From the NCBI GenBank assembly GCA_038087875.1, contig CM075988.1, forward strand, positions 6,200,001 through 6,264,000: 64,000 bases of DNA. Direction: 5' to 3'. Both the position numbers and the translations under genes were made by a program. The notes below the pieces were generated by a model that was not told the DNA's origin, searched no databases, and worked only from the letters and a program-made list of their open reading frames with translations. Of the stretch, positions 48,051-61,577 are shown piece by piece. Positions within the stretch are counted from its first letter, which is position 1, and every line of letters begins with the position of its first letter. Source of the stretch: Malacoraja senta (lineage: Eukaryota).

Positions 48051-48604
48051 ATGACTGATGATAGACAGCAGTTTGTCTTTGCTTCCTGCCTCAGTCGGAA
48101 ACTAGATTAAGCATAGCTGTAAAATCAATCTAACTCCAGCAATGACAAGAGATTTCTGAATGGGGAGTGGTCCCTATAACACAGATTTAATTACATGTAA
48201 TAACGTTAGTATCAATTGCCTAAGGCACGGCAGAAATAAATCTATTTTCCACATGAATATTAGCTGAATAAACAGCAACCATTAATCAGACGACAAAAAC
48301 TATACTACACACAATAGTTAATAAAGCACGAGCTCTCTACTCCTTCCGTTCAGCTCTGATCTGATCATCAAATCCCCATTTACACTTATGAATTTATCAT
48401 AAGGTCATAGGAGCAGAATTAGGCTATTCGGCCCATCGTGTCTGATCTATCTCTCCTTCCTAATCCTAATTCTCCTGCCTTCTCCCTCTAACTCTTGACA
48501 CCCGCACTAATCAAGAATCTATCTATCTATGCCTTAAAAATATCTACCTGGATCCCAGAAGATGAGACAGGAGCTCTACTGGCTGCACCACCGTATCATT
48601 AAAG

Positions 48605-48911
48605 ACTTTTTAGACTTATGAGATGCAGCGTGGAAATGGGCCCTTTGACCCACTGAGTCCACACCAATCACCCCGTACACCAACACTATCCTACACACAC
48701 TAGGGGCAATTTACAATTTTACCGAAGCCAATTAACCTACAAACATGCACGTCTTTGAAATCTGGCAGGAAACCAGAGCACCCAAAGTAAACGAACATGG
48801 TCACAGGGAAAACGTACAAACTCCGTGCAGACAGCACCTGTAGTCAGGATTGAACCCAGGTTTCTGGCGCTGTAAAGCAGCAACTTTACTGCTGCGGCAC
48901 CATGCCGTCCC
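48605..48911 (-). mobile_element. V-SINE (HE1-like)
   Basis: Minus-strand head GGGACGGCATGGTGCCGCAGC and GGTTCAATCC B box. Confidence 0.85.
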
Positions 48912-49462
48912 TTGATTAGGCCTCTCCTTCTTCAAGAGCCTCCAACTAGAGAGGGGGCTGGATTTCCATCTCGGTGCTGGCCATAAACAGGGCTGATCGG
49001 TTTAGTGCATACGGGCACTGTCTGTTGCTTCACTACAACTTCATAGAAGTGGCAAAGCCAAGCCCAGCTCTGAATTGTGTTTGACTTTGCAAAATCGTAA
49101 ATACTTTTCTCTTGCGGTTGCAAAAGAGAGATAACCAAATATTGATGTCCGCCAGCCACCTTTCAGAAAGTGAGGCCACTTCCAGGAATATTTTGGATTG
49201 TGCCTTATCATTTCCTTTCCTTTCCAACCTCTTCTCCTCAACAATAAAATCCTGCTGGATCCAGTTAGTGTAATGCACTCTGCACAGTATACAGTTGGAT
49301 ACAGTTGACATTTAACCCATGGGATCACAAACCAAAATGCTGTTCGCTCCCAAAACAATCAAGGTTCAGGAAAGTAAATTTATAACTCGTTGAAAAAAAT
49401 GACTTGAGTTCCATTGATTTTGGAAGCTAGGGGAAGAGAACAAATCAAGCTTCTTATAATTA

Positions 49463-51430
49463 AACATAGAAACATAGAAACATAGAAAATAGGTGCAGGA
49501 GGAGGCCATTTGGCCCTTCGAGCCAGCACCGCCATTCATTGTCATCATGGCTGATCGTCCACAATTAATAACCCGTGCCTGCCTTCTCCCCATCTCCCTT
49601 GATTCCACTAGCCCCTAGAGCTCTATCTAACTCTCTCTTAAATCCAGCCAGTGATTTGACCTCCACTGCCCTCTGTGGCAGGGAATTCCACAAATTCACA
49701 ACTCTCTGGGTGAAAACGTTTTTTCTCACCTCAGTCTTAAATGGCCTCTCCTTTATTCTAAGACTGTGACCCCGTGGATCTGGACTCGCCCAACATTGGG
49801 AACATTTTTCCTGCATCTAGCTTGTCCAGTCCTTTTTATAATTTTATATGTTTCTATAAGATACGTCCTCATCCTTCTAAACTCCAGTGAATACAAGCCT
49901 AGTCTTTTCAATCTTTCCTCATATGACTTTCCTCAAGTGATTCTTAAAGGGTTGACGGTGGATATGCAATGGAAGGCATTTAAAGACTGCATGAATGAAC
50001 TACAACAATTGTTCATCCGTTTGGCAAAAGAATAAATCAGGGAAGGTAGCGCATCCGTGGATAACTAGGGAAATTGGGGATAGTATCAAAACAAAAGATG
50101 AAGCATACAAATTTGCCAGAAAAAGCAGCCTACCAGAGGACTAGGAGAAATTCAGAGTCCAGCAGAGGAGGACAAAGGGCTTAATTAGGAAAGGGAAAAT
50201 AGATTATGAAAAAAAACTGGCAGGGAACATAAAAACTGACTGCAAAAGTATTTATAGATATGTGTAGAGAAAAAGATTAGTTAAAACAAATGTAGGTCCC
50301 TTGCAGTCAGAAACTGGTGAATTGAACATGGGGAACACGGATATGGCAGACCAATTGAATAACTACTTTGGTTCTGTCTTCACTAAGGAAGACATAAATA
50401 ATCTGCCGGAAATAGCAGGGGACCGGGGGTCAAATGAGATGGAGGAACTGAGTGAAATCCCGGTTAGCCGGGAAGTGGTGTTAAGTAAATTGAATGGATT
50501 AAAGGCCGATAAATCCCCAGGGCCAGACAGGCTGCATCCCAGAGTACTTAAGGAAGTAGCCCCAGAAATAGTGGATGCATTAGTGATAATTTTTCAGAAC
50601 TCTTTACATTCTGGAGTAGTTCCTGAGGATTGGAGGGTAGCTAATGTAACCCCACTTTTTAAAAAGGGAGGCAGAGAGAAAACGGGGAATTACAGACCAG
50701 TTAGTCTAACATTGGTAGTGGGGATCTTATAGAAACTTCCAAAATTCTTAAGGGGTTGGACAGGCTAGATGCAGGAAGATTGTTCCCGATGTTGGGGCGG
50801 TCCAGAACAAGGGGTCACAGTTTAAGGATAAGGGGGAAGTCTTTTAGGACCGAGATGAGAATATCATTTTTCACACAGAGAGTGGTGAATCTGTGGAATT
50901 CTCTGCCACAGAAGGTAGTTGAGGCCAGTTCATTGGCTATATTTAAGAGGGAGTTAGATGTGGCCCTTGTGGCTAAAGATATCAGGGGGTATGGAGAGAA
51001 GGCAGGTACAGGATACTGAGTTGGATGATCAGCCATGATCATATTGAATGGCGGTGCAGGCTCGAAGGGCCGAATAGCCTACTCCTGCACCTATTTTCTA
51101 TGTTTCTATGTTTCTATGACAGTCCCGCCATCCCAGGGATCAATCTCGTGAACCTACGCTGCACTGCCTCAATAACAAGGATGTCCTTCCTCAAATTAGG
51201 AGACCAAAACTGTACACAATACTCCAGATGTGGTCTTACCAGAGCCCTTTACAACTGCAGAAGAACCTCTCTACTCCTATACTGAAATCCTCTTGTTATG
51301 AAGGCCAACATTCCATTAGCTTTCTTCACTGCCTGCTGTACCTGCATGCCAACTTTCAGTGACCGGTGTACAAGGACACCCAGGTCTCGCTGTACCTCCC
51401 CCTTACCTAACCTAACCCCATTGAGATAAT
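49463..51430 (-). mobile_element. CR1 3' fragment split by a plus-strand CR1
   Basis: Tail (CATAGAAA)n at 49463; sequence continues across CTCATATGAC|AGTCCCGCCATCC. Confidence 0.9.
49928..51120 (+). mobile_element. CR1 with an internal deletion of the RT domain
   Basis: LNNYFGSVFT...KSPGPD...NYRPVSLTLVVG is joined directly to DLIET..ILKGLDRLDA near 50720; (TTTCTATG)n tail; TATGAC repeated at both ends. Confidence 0.88.
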
Positions 51431-52014
51431 TTCAAGGCAATATTCAGTGAAGTAGGTATGGAAATGTTATCTTCTCTACCGGGGGCAATGAGGGTGGTGA
51501 ATCTGTGGAATTCTTTGCCGCAGAAGGCTGTGGAGACCGTCAATGGATATTTTTAAGGCAGAGGTAGGTAGATTCTTGATTAGTACGGGTGTCAGGGGTT
51601 ATGGGGAGAAGGCAGGAGAATGGGCTTCGGAGGGAGAGATAGATCAGCCATGATTGAATGGCGGAGTAGACTTGATGGGTCGAATGTCCTAATTCTGCTC
51701 CTATCACTTGTGAGTGAAGTTCAATGGTAGGATCTAGAATATGGAGAACATTGTTACGACAGTGCTGGATGTGGACCTACTGTTGTGAAGTGAGCGGCCC
51801 AGATATCTTGGAGTTAACTGTGATCCATGAGGTCTTGCACATCGTTGGAGCTCCAACGACGAGTGTTGATGATTGACTGTCCCTCACATTAATCAGAGGC
51901 TCCGGGTGTGGCCACCTCAGTAAATGGTGGGGACTGCAGTAGCTGGAATGGTGTAGGGTGTGGTAGGTACTGATGGCAGTTCCAGGGAAGCCCTGGCAGG
52001 TGGGATGAGTCTTG

Positions 52015-52957
52015 GAGTAGAGTCATTGAGTCATACAACGTGGAAACAGGACTTCAGCCCAACTTGCTCACACCGACCGACATGGCCCACCTACACTAGT
52101 CGCACCTGCTTGTGTTTGGCCCATATTCCTCTAAACCCACCCTATCCATGTACCTGCCTAAATGTTTCTTAAGCATTGTGATAGTACCTACCTCATCTTC
52201 TTCCGCCAGCAATTTGTTCCATACACCCACCACCCTTTGTGTTAAAAAGTTACCCCTCAGGTTCCTATTAAATCTTTCCCCCCTCACATTAAGCCTATGT
52301 CCTCTGGTTCTCGATTACCCAACTCTGGGCAAGAGACTCTGTGCCTTTATCCGATTTATTCCCCTCATTATTATGTACATCCCTCATCCTCCTGCGCTCC
52401 AAGGTTTGGACGGGCTAGATGCAGGAAAAATGTTTCCGAAGTTGGGGAGGCCAGAACCAGGGGTCACAGTTTAAGAATAAGATGAGGAAAAACTTTTTCA
52501 CCCAGAGAGTTGTGAATCTGTGGAATTCTCTGCCACAGAAGGCAGTGGAGACCAATTCACTGGATGTTTTCAAGAGAGAGTTAGATTTAGCTCTTAGGGC
52601 TAAAGGAATCAAGGGATATGGGGAACAGGGTACTGATTTTGGATGATCAACCATGATCATATTGAATGGGGGTAGACAAAATTGCTGGAGAAACTCAGCG
52701 GGTGCAGCAGCATCTATGGAGCGAAGGAAATAGGCAACGTTTCGGGCCGAAACCCTTCTTCAGACTTTCGGCCCGAAACGTTGCCTATTTCCTTTGCTCC
52801 ATAGATGCTGCTGCACCCGCTGAGTTTCTCCAGCATATTTTGTCTACCTTTGATTTTCCAGCATCTGCAGTTCCTTCTGGAATATTGAATGGCGGTGCTG
52901 GCTTGAAGGGCCGAATGGCACCTATTTCCTATGTTTCTATGTTTCTATGTTTCTATG
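52015..52957. mobile_element. Opposed CR1 3' fragments; the plus-strand copy contains a Penelope fold-back element (approx. 52673-52881)
   Basis: Minus strand encodes NLRGNFLTQRVVGVWN and plus strand FFTQRVVNLWNSLP; TSD ATATTGAATGG flanks the fold-back. Confidence 0.85.
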
Positions 52958-53414
52958 GTGGGTTCCCCACACGCCTGCTGCAGATGGTGGAAAATCAGGG
53001 ACAACGTCTTCATATGTCCAGCTACACCACTGAGAATCTTCACTCTAAGTTTTACATTTATTAGTCCGAGAAATAATACAAAAAGAAAAAATATCTGAAG
53101 GGAAATTTGGTCGGAAGATTAACTCATCAATAAACACCCCAGGGATTAAATTCAGGAAACTATATCCATTGCAAAACATGACAGATCGGCTGTTGAACGG
53201 CGGGCGTGGTTCAGTGAAATGACCACATAATGCTGAGGAAAATAATAAGTTGTGCCATTGGGAATAGAGTGGGTTCGAGCACTAAGATGCAAACCGATCT
53301 TCCTTCGTAAAACCTGACTTTGATTTGGGGGCAGTCTACTTTGATGTTGGCTCAACTATTATACATGCACAGGGAGAATCTTAACATTAACATGTTCTCT
53401 GGAACTTCACAGCT

Positions 53415-53937
53415 AGAGACCTGGGTTCGATCCTGACTACGGGGGCTGTCTGTACGGAGTTTGTATGTTCACCCTGTGACCAAGTGGGTTTTCTCCAGGT
53501 TCTCTGGTTTCTTCCCACACTCCAAAGACATACAGGTTTGTAGGTAAATGGCTTCGGTAAAGATTGTAAATTGTCCCCAGTGTGTAGGATACTGGGCAGG
53601 GTAGGATACTGGGCAGAATTCCAGGGCAGCTCCCAGGCTCTGGAATTCCCTCCCACAACCAGTCCGAAATTCTGAGTCCCTCACCATCTTCCAGTCCCGC
53701 CTCAAGACCCATCTCTTCACCTCTGCATACCCTTAGTCCCATGTTCCCCTCCCCTCTGTCTTACTGCTCTATTTTGTTTTGTTTATTCCTGACTCTCAAT
53801 TGTAAAGCGACTTTGAGTCCTGAAAAGCGCTATATAAATAAAATCTATTATTATTATTATTATTAGGATAGTTCCGGTTTACAAGGATTGCTGGCCGGCA
53901 GGGACTAAAGGAACTGTTTCCGTGCTGTATCTCTAAA
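53415..53937 (+). mobile_element. V-SINE split by an L2
   Basis: B box GGTTCGATCC and V-domain; resumes at TAGGATAG after the L2 tail. Confidence 0.8.
53620..53863 (+). mobile_element. L2 LINE 3' end
   Basis: RAAPRLWNSLP....SLTIFQSRLKTHLFTSAYP*, then TGTAAAGCGACTTTGAG..GAAAAGCGCTATATAAAT and (TAT)n. Confidence 0.9.
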
Positions 53938-53944
53938 TCAGAGG

Positions 53945-54500
53945 TTGACTGGAGACTTGATAGAAGTCAGAACCTTTCTTCCAGGGTGGAAATGTCCAAC
54001 ACTAGTCATAGCCATTGAGTCAACAACGTGGAAACTGGTACTTCAGCCCAACTTGACCACACCGACCAACATGCCCCATCTACACTAGTCCCACCTGCCT
54101 GTACTTGACACATAACCCTTTAAACCCATTCTATCCATGTACCTGTCCATATGTCTCTTCAATGTTATGATATTACCTGCCTCAACTACCTCCTCCGGCA
54201 GCTGGTTCCAAGAGGACGTAGGTTTAAGGTGAGAGGGAGAAAGTTTAATGCGAATGTGCAGGGCAAGTTTTTTACACTGTGGAGTGGTGGGGGCCTGGAA
54301 CGCATTGTCGTGAGGGGAGATGGAGGCAGATAGGAGAGTGATATTTAAGAGGCTAATAGATAGGCACATGAAAGTGCAGGGAATAGAGGGATATGAATCA
54401 TGTACAGGCAGATGAGATCAGTTTAACTTGGCATCATGTTCAGCACAAAGATTGTGGGCCAAAGGGCCTGTTCCTGTATTGTACTGTTCTATGTTCTATG
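53945..54500. mobile_element. Nested CR1 3' fragments (minus-strand copy approx. 54005-54205 within a plus-strand copy)
   Basis: RGRRFKVRGRKFNANVQGKFFT motif and a (TGTTCTA)n tail. Confidence 0.75.
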
Positions 54501-55199
54501 TATGGGTTGCACCTCCTCTTCCACATCAATGGATGAGGAAGAGTTGAACTTTGATTCGTGCCTTTATAACTCTAGGCCAAACATATACATGCCCTGGAAA
54601 CAAGGGCAGGTGTTCCACAATTCCACAAAACGTATTTTGTGTTCGTTTTCTAGGTCTGCACAAAACGTGAGAGTCTTCAATTTACAACAGAAGTCTTTAA
54701 TGCTTTACCCAATGCTGGCAGCAAGACAACTCAAACATGCTGCACCCTCACACTGTCTACAGACAGGATAAACTAAATACAAAACATCTCCCTTTGTCCT
54801 GTGCAGTGCCACCTGCTGCACGGGAGGAGCAACGGGTCCTCCCACCCCACACAGCCCACCAAACATCACAGGTTCTCTACAAATTCTCCACAATTCCCTT
54901 TAATCCTTGTGTTTGCCGACCAGTATCACGCTCTCTCTACATGATCATCCTTGTCTCTTCCAAGTCCTTCAACTCTTCGCCTCTCCCTACCCCATCCAAT
55001 GATATACCACAGCAAGAACTCTTGTGTTGTTATGGGCAACCCCATTACCCTTATCTATCTAGCCTTTCGCCTGTGGAAAGTGTGAAGCGTGGAGGAGGCC
55101 AACGGTTTTTTTGGAGGTTCTGTTGGAGAAAGTCTGGAGAGTTGGACAATGCACAATGACCAGCTATCAAATACTGCATCTGTGGTGTGCATAACATAG

Positions 55200-55528
55200 G
55201 GCATGGAGGCATAGCGGTAAAGTTGCTGCCTCACAGTGCCAGAGACCCGGGTTCGATCCTGACTATGAGTGGTGTCTATGCAGAGTTTACACATTCTCCC
55301 CGTGACCTATGTGGGTTTTCCCAGGGATCTCTGGTTTCCTCCTCCACTCCAAAGAAGTATGGGTTTGTAGGTTAATTGGTAAAATTGAAAATTGTCCCTA
55401 CTGCGTGTGGGATAGTGCTAGTGTACAGGGTGAGTGCTGGTCAGCGCTGGCTTGGTGGTCTGCAGGGCCCTGTTTTCGCACTAAATCTCTAAACTAAACT
55501 AAACTAAACTATAATGAACTGAACTAAA
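55200..55528 (+). mobile_element. V-SINE (HE1-like)
   Basis: A/B boxes and (CTAAA)n tail. Confidence 0.85.
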
Positions 55529-55774
55529 CATGTTGGAAACTACTGTTAACTGGTTGCTGTGGATACAAGGAATGCAGAAGCTGGTTTACACACAAAAAAG
55601 GCACAAAATGCACGAACAACTCAGAGTTTGAAGAAGGGTCCCAACCCGAAACTTCACCTATCCATCTTCTCCAGAGATGCTGCCTGCCACTGAGTTACTC
55701 CAGCACTTTGTGTCTATATTTGTGTTAACCAGTAGGCTGGCTGCCAGTGAAGCGGACTGCGTTTTTATGTAGAA

Positions 55775-56731
55775 CAGTGGCTTCTTAAACTATTTCAGTG
55801 TCATTCACCCTTGAGTCTTTATCATAAAATTTCATTCACCCTCGACTACATTTTCTTATGTTTTTTGGTAATGTTCGTCTTATTCGCCCTTGTGTATAAT
55901 TTAATATATAATTTATTTTGTCACATGGGCAAAAAACATAAATTAACACATTTCTTAAGTGTTTATTTTATTCAACTTTTCGAACATCCTAAAAATATGT
56001 AAAGAAAACTAGGTGCGAAATTTTATTTTTTTTAAATTACCACTGGAGTTGGAAAATCATTCGATTAGAATGATAAAAAAAAACATTCCAACGTCTAAAC
56101 ACTGGGTTTCAGTCTCATCATACCCTTTCGGGCTTTGATTGCTGCAGTTTTTTTCTTGGAAAATAAACTCAAAAAACATGGTCTTTGTGAAATATTTGGG
56201 AAATATCCTGATACTTTTTTTCTTCTTTTTTTTTCCAAGTCAAGTCAGATATATTCATCACATACACAATAAAGTGCAGTGAATTGAATTTGCCAGCAGC
56301 GGTACCATTAAAAAAAGAACACACAATACACAATAAAAATTGAACACAAACAACCACCACAGAAATCATCACTGTGATGGAAGGCACAAATTTTAGTCAG
56401 CCCTCTGCCATTTTCCCCCGTGGTCGGGGCCACAACCCTCCGCAGTCGCCGCTGCGGGCGGCCAGATGTGCAGATAAGGTAAGTCCTGAAATTAGAAAAC
56501 CATAGGTAGAGAGAAAAAAACATATCAAATTTCCAGCACCACTGCCATTAAAACCAATAAGAGCTTACTAACCACTTTAATGGCAATGCCTTTTTTAAGT
56601 ATAGAAAAAAATCTATAAATATCTGAATAAATTAAGTAATTCACCCTTCATTCACCTCTCTCTAGTTTCATTCACCCCAAAATAATTTCATTCACCCTTG
56701 GGTGAACCATTCCCCAATTTAAGAAGCACTG
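55775..56731. mobile_element. hAT (Charlie-like) non-autonomous DNA transposon
   Basis: TIRs CAGTG(G)CTTCTTAAA / TTTAAGAAGCACTG, 8-bp TSD ATGTAGAA/ATGTGGAG, subterminal ATTCACCC repeats and an AT-rich body. Confidence 0.8.
56236..56480 (-). mobile_element. Rex-tailed GC-rich retroposon fragment nested in the hAT element
   Basis: Minus strand carries GCCTTCCATCACAGTGA (shared with 4364-5000) and a (GACTT)n tail. Confidence 0.7.
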
Positions 56732-57286
56732 ATGTGGAGCCTCATGGCTATTATTTAACAGAACCTATCTGGACAAGTGGATAATACTCTACTAACCTCA
56801 ATAGCCACTGATTCATTTCACATTTTTAATGTAAGAAAATATTCCAAGTGGTTTCAGGAGAGTAGAATCAGAAACAAAAACCGACACGGAGGTGGAGAGG
56901 ATAGTTTGGATGGATGTCCAAACGCTGGATCAATGGGCTGGAGAGCGGTGGAATGTTGGAGGGGATTCAGGAGGACATTCCAGAGCATGGGTTCAGTACA
57001 GATGCCGACTCTTCAACGAGGGTGGTTCAAAGCTGAGGGAATGATGTACAAATGGTCAGAGTTAGAGGATGGTGCATCTCTAGTAGGTTTTGTATCATGG
57101 TAGACAACAACAGGGGTAGGGAGGTTGACATAAAACGTTGGAGTAACTCAGCGGGCACGGCAACATCCCTGGAGAACATGGATAGGTGACATTGCGGCTC
57201 GAGACCCTTCTTCAGACTGATTGTGGAGGGAAGAAAGTTAGCAGAGAGGAGGGACAGGACAAATCGTGGCAGGTTATAGGTGAAAC

Positions 57287-58038
57287 AGCACCAGAGACCA
57301 CGGTTCAATCCTGACTACGAGTGCTGTCTGTACGGAGCTTGTACGTTCTCTCTGTGACTGCGTGGGTTTTCTCCTGGTGCTTCAGTTGCCTCCCACACTC
57401 CAAACTGATAGGTTTGTAGCTTTGTACAGGTTTCTATCAGTCTGAAGAAGGGTCTCGAACCAAAACGTCACCCATTCTTTCTCTCCAGAGATGCTAGTTG
57501 TCCCACTGAGTTACTCCAGCATTTTGTGTCTATCTTCGGTGCAAACCAGCATCTGCAGTTCCTTCCTCCACAGGTTGACAAAAATGCTGGAGAAACTCAG
57601 CGGGTGAGGCAGCATCTATGGAGCGAAGGAATAGGTGATGTTTCGGGTCGAGACCCTTCTTCAGACTGATGTGGGGGCGGGGGGGGGGGTGTGAAGAAGA
57701 AAGGAAGGGGCGGAGACAGAAGGCTGTGGGAGAGCTGGGAAGGGGAGGGGAAGGAGTGAGAAAGCAAGGACTACCTGAAATTGGAGAAGCCAATGTTCAT
57801 ACCGCTGGGGTGTAAACTGCCCAAGCGAAATATGAGGTGCTGCTCCTCCAATTTCCAGCATCTGCAATTCTTTCTTAAACATTCCTACACAGGTTTGTAG
57901 GTTAATTGGATTTGGTAAAATTGTCCCTAGTGTAGAATAGTGTTAGTGTACGGGGTGTTCGCGGGTCAGCCCGGACTCGGTGGACCCGAGGGGTCCGTTT
58001 CTGCACTGTATCTCTAAACCTAACTAAACTAAACTAAA
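57287..58038 (+). mobile_element. V-SINE interrupted by Penelope-derived inserts
   Basis: SINE 5' part at 57287-57420 and 3' part at 57888-58038. Confidence 0.75.
57575..57854 (-). mobile_element. Penelope-like element 3' end with GIY-YIG C-terminus and hammerhead core
   Basis: In-frame KLEEQHLIFRLGSLHPSGMNIGFSNFR* (57771-57854), followed by a UTR and CTGAAGAAGGGTCTCGACCCGAAAC. Confidence 0.88.
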
Positions 58039-59019
58039 CCCGCTGAGTTACTCCAGCACTTTGTGTCTACCTTTGATTTTAACCAGCATCTGCAGTTCTT
58101 TCTTACACATGAACTAAGTGGAATATAGATACAGATTTGCCTTCAGCTCATTGAAGCGTTATGTTTTTACCCATGTTTAGAAGTTTGGCAGAACTCAAAT
58201 TAAATAACATTTTTACATTTAAATGTATCACTGGCAGGTGATAGGTTATTGCCAGCTTGCCTTTCCTGTGCTGCAGAGAATGAATGTTATGTTTGTTAAA
58301 ACATGAGAACTGTTCACTCTAAACTTCTGTCTCTATCCTGGGATTGATCAGGTTATCTTGTCTCTGAAGAACATTTACGAAGCCTGTGTAACAGTTTGTC
58401 AAACTTGTTTCCACTGTAGGAGCATGCCTTTGTGTCAGATATCCTGGGTTTTAATACAAAGGCTACAGGGGATTTACATAACTGCAGTGACCACTTTTCT
58501 ATTCCAAATCCTCTGGATTATTTATGACAGATTCACTTTCTTTGTTCTTTGTTGAATCTCAAAGGGATTAGATAAAAACAGTGATTAGATAGTCACCAGT
58601 TCCCCAGTAAATTTTGACTGCAGAGAATATCAGGATGGATTACGTTAGTTTCTGACAAGGGTCTTCACATTAATCCAGGTTTAATATTACTAAGATTCAG
58701 CAAAGGGATTTTCGTTCATTAATATCAAGCAGGTGTAGGGGCAAAATCTGTAAAGACATGTAAAGTTGAACTCCACTTCTTATCTACCACATTTAATAAA
58801 TCAGTCAAATAATTTATAAACTAAACCAGTGTGATTCTATCTGTCATCATAGCCAGCGCCAGATTGTTGGATCGCCTGTATCTGTTACAGCCTCTGCTCA
58901 TCTGCTGAGACTCACATCGATGTTTATGTAATCTCGAGACTTGATTATTGCAATAATCTTTTTCCAAAACACTATTCTGTGGCGGTAATGTCTCGTCAAC
59001 TCTCCATAATTTATTTTGC

Positions 59020-59150
59020 TTCGGCAGAAGATACAGAAGCTTGAAAGCGCGCACCACCAGACTCAGGAAGAGCTCCTTCCCCTTTGTCATGAGGCTTCTG
59101 AATGGTCCATCCACAAGCTAGGGTACTGCCCTATTCACCTTTACCCCATT
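59020..59150 (+). mobile_element. Rex-Babar 3' fragment
   Basis: GRRYRSLKARTTRLRKSSFPFVMRLLN. Confidence 0.75.
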
Positions 59151-59201
59151 GCAGATTCTGGACTAGGTCTCTGGAATTGTTGAGCTGCAACCCTGAGAAG
59201 T

Positions 59202-59499
59202 GGGCGGCACAGTGGTGCAGCGGTAGAGTTGCTGCCTTACAGCGCCAGAGACCTGGGTTCAATCCTGACCACAGATCCTGTCAGTACGGAGTATGTACGT
59301 TCGCCCTGTGACCTGCGTGGGTTTTCCCCGGGTGTTCCGGTTTCCTCCCACACTCCAAAGACGTACAGGTTTGTAGCTTTGGTAAAATTGTTAATTGTCC
59401 CTAGTGTGTGTAGGGTAGTGTTAATGTGCAGCGATCGCTGGTCGGCTCGGACGCGGTGGGCCAAAGGGCCTGTTTCCACGCTGTATCTCTAAACTAAAC
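59202..59499 (+). mobile_element. V-SINE (HE1-like), full length
   Basis: GGGCGGCACAGTGGTGCAGCGGTAGAG head, GGTTCAATCC B box, V-domain and (CTAAA)n tail. Confidence 0.92.
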
Positions 59500-59969
59500 C
59501 AAGCGAAGCCTGTTCATTTAGATGTTTGTCTTGGCTGAGTTGCAACTCATCTGCAACATAGGTATGCCCATGTATGGAATGATTCACACTGAGGAAGGAG
59601 CACAGCACCACACTGCTCCTGTGTTCATATTGCAGGTCTCCCCTTCTCTCACTCCTTTCTCTCCTCCACAATCTCTGCCACTCTTTTTTCCTTAACAAGG
59701 AGCTTTTATTGAATAATTTTCCTTTCGCTACATCCTTCTCTTGTTATTTTATTCTTCCCTCTATGTACCTCATGTTGCTTCCTTGTATATATTTTCTTTC
59801 TCTTTCTCCCCTTCACTAATTCTATTGGCAGGCCAACTGGCCACTGTAAACTCCGTCGATCGTGTGGGTGCTTGGAAGAACGTAGGGTTGTTGATGTGAA
59901 CATGGGGAGAATAAAATGGAACTAGTGTAGGATTTGTTGCAATTGGTCTTTACTTAAGATTTTAGATGT

Positions 59970-60258
59970 TAAAGATACAGTGGAAACAGGCCCTTCGGCT
60001 CACCGAGTCCACGTTAACCAGCGATCATCCCGTACACTGATCTACACACACTATAGGGACTATTTTACAACTTAGCTGAGCCAATTAACCTACAAACCTG
60101 TACATCTTTGGATTGTAGGAGGAAACCAGAGCACCCGGTGAAAACCCCTACGGTCACAAGGAGAACGTACAAACTCCATATAGACAGCACCTGTAGTCAG
60201 GATCGAACCTAGGTCTCTAATGCTGTAAGGCGGCAACTCGACCGCTGCCCCGCTTGCC
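59970..60258 (-). mobile_element. V-SINE (HE1-like)
   Basis: Minus-strand GGTTCGATCC B box and CR1-like tail. Confidence 0.85.
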
Positions 60259-60649
60259 CCCCTGGTCATTAAGATTGGCGCAGACACAATGGGCTGAAGG
60301 GCCATTTTCCATGCTGTGTGACTCTATTATTCCATCCATTTGCTCTCTCTGTTTCACCGTGACTTGGAGAAGTGTTTCCAGCTGTGTATGACACATCGGG
60401 TGAAAAAATTGGTGAAAGGAAATAACGGCCTGAAAAGGTGCATACTGTCAAAGGCCAAAGTTGATAAGACAAATCCAAAAGAAGTAATGCAAGCCAATAG
60501 TCCCAGAGGAGTCCCGAACCAAATCAGCGTGACATATTGCAACCTGATCAATCTTTCCAAAGAGGCCATAGCCCTCCCACACACCTCCGCCGCTCTTGTG
60601 ATTTCACGGAGGAGGTGTGCACCTTCCATCAGGTGAGATCTCCACAAGC

Positions 60650-61560
60650 ATACAACATAGAACAGTACAGCACAGGAACAGGCCCTTCAGCCCACAATAT
60701 CTGTGCCAAACATGATGCCAAGACCATCTCTTATCCACCTGCGTTAATTCATGTCCATCTCCTTGCATTCCCTGCAGATCCATATGCCTATCCAAAAGCC
60801 TCTTAAATGCCACTAATGTACCTGCCTCAACCACTATCCCTGACATCACGTTCCAGCACTCATCACCCTTTGTGTAAAACAATACTTGCCTCTCACACCT
60901 CCTTTAAACTTTGCCCCTCTCACCTTCAAGCTCTGCGCTCTGGTATTTGATTTTTCCAGCCCAGACCTTGCACGTGGCTTTGTGAGATGCAGTGCAGTCT
61001 GTGTGATCCCTCAGGACACTGCTCCTTGAGAAACTGGATGGGACTATCTCTGAAGTCCCAGTGGTGCGTCAGGGGTTGGGTGGGCCACTGCCCTCAGGTC
61101 TAACCTGATTCCAGTCCAGACTCCCTAACTGCCAAGCTCCCATCACCACGCAGGAGTGACTGGGTGATGGGGAGAAACTTCCCTTTTTAACCATTAAGAC
61201 GGATTAATGCATTGAGTCATGCATCATGGAAACAGGCCCTTCAGCCCAACTTGCCCATGCTGACCAACATGTCCCATCTACACTAGTGCCACTGCCAATG
61301 CTTGAACCATATCCCTCTAAACCTGTCCTATACATGTACCTGTCCAATTGTTTATAAATGTTATGATAGTACCTGCCTCAACTACCTCCTCCAGCAGCTC
61401 GTTCCATGCACCCACCACCCTTTGTGTAAAAAGGTTACCCCTCAGGTTCCTATTCAATCTTTCCCGACTCACCTTCAACCCATGTCCTTAAACCTATGTC
61501 CTTAAACCTATGCGCTATGTCCTCACGTTCTCGATCACCTTAAATCCATGTCCTCTGGTT
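60650..61560 (-). mobile_element. Two minus-strand CR1 3' fragments (approx. 60650-60960 and 61210-61560)
   Basis: VVEAGTLVAFKRLLDRHMD and NLRGNLFTQRVVG motifs. Confidence 0.75.
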
Positions 61561-61577
61561 CCTTCTTATATTATTCA

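Noticed and set aside
59202..59290. tRNA genes at A-box/B-box motifs (here and in the other SINE heads)
   Set aside because: The head continues into a V-domain and a CR1-like tail with no acceptor stem, so these are SINE heads.
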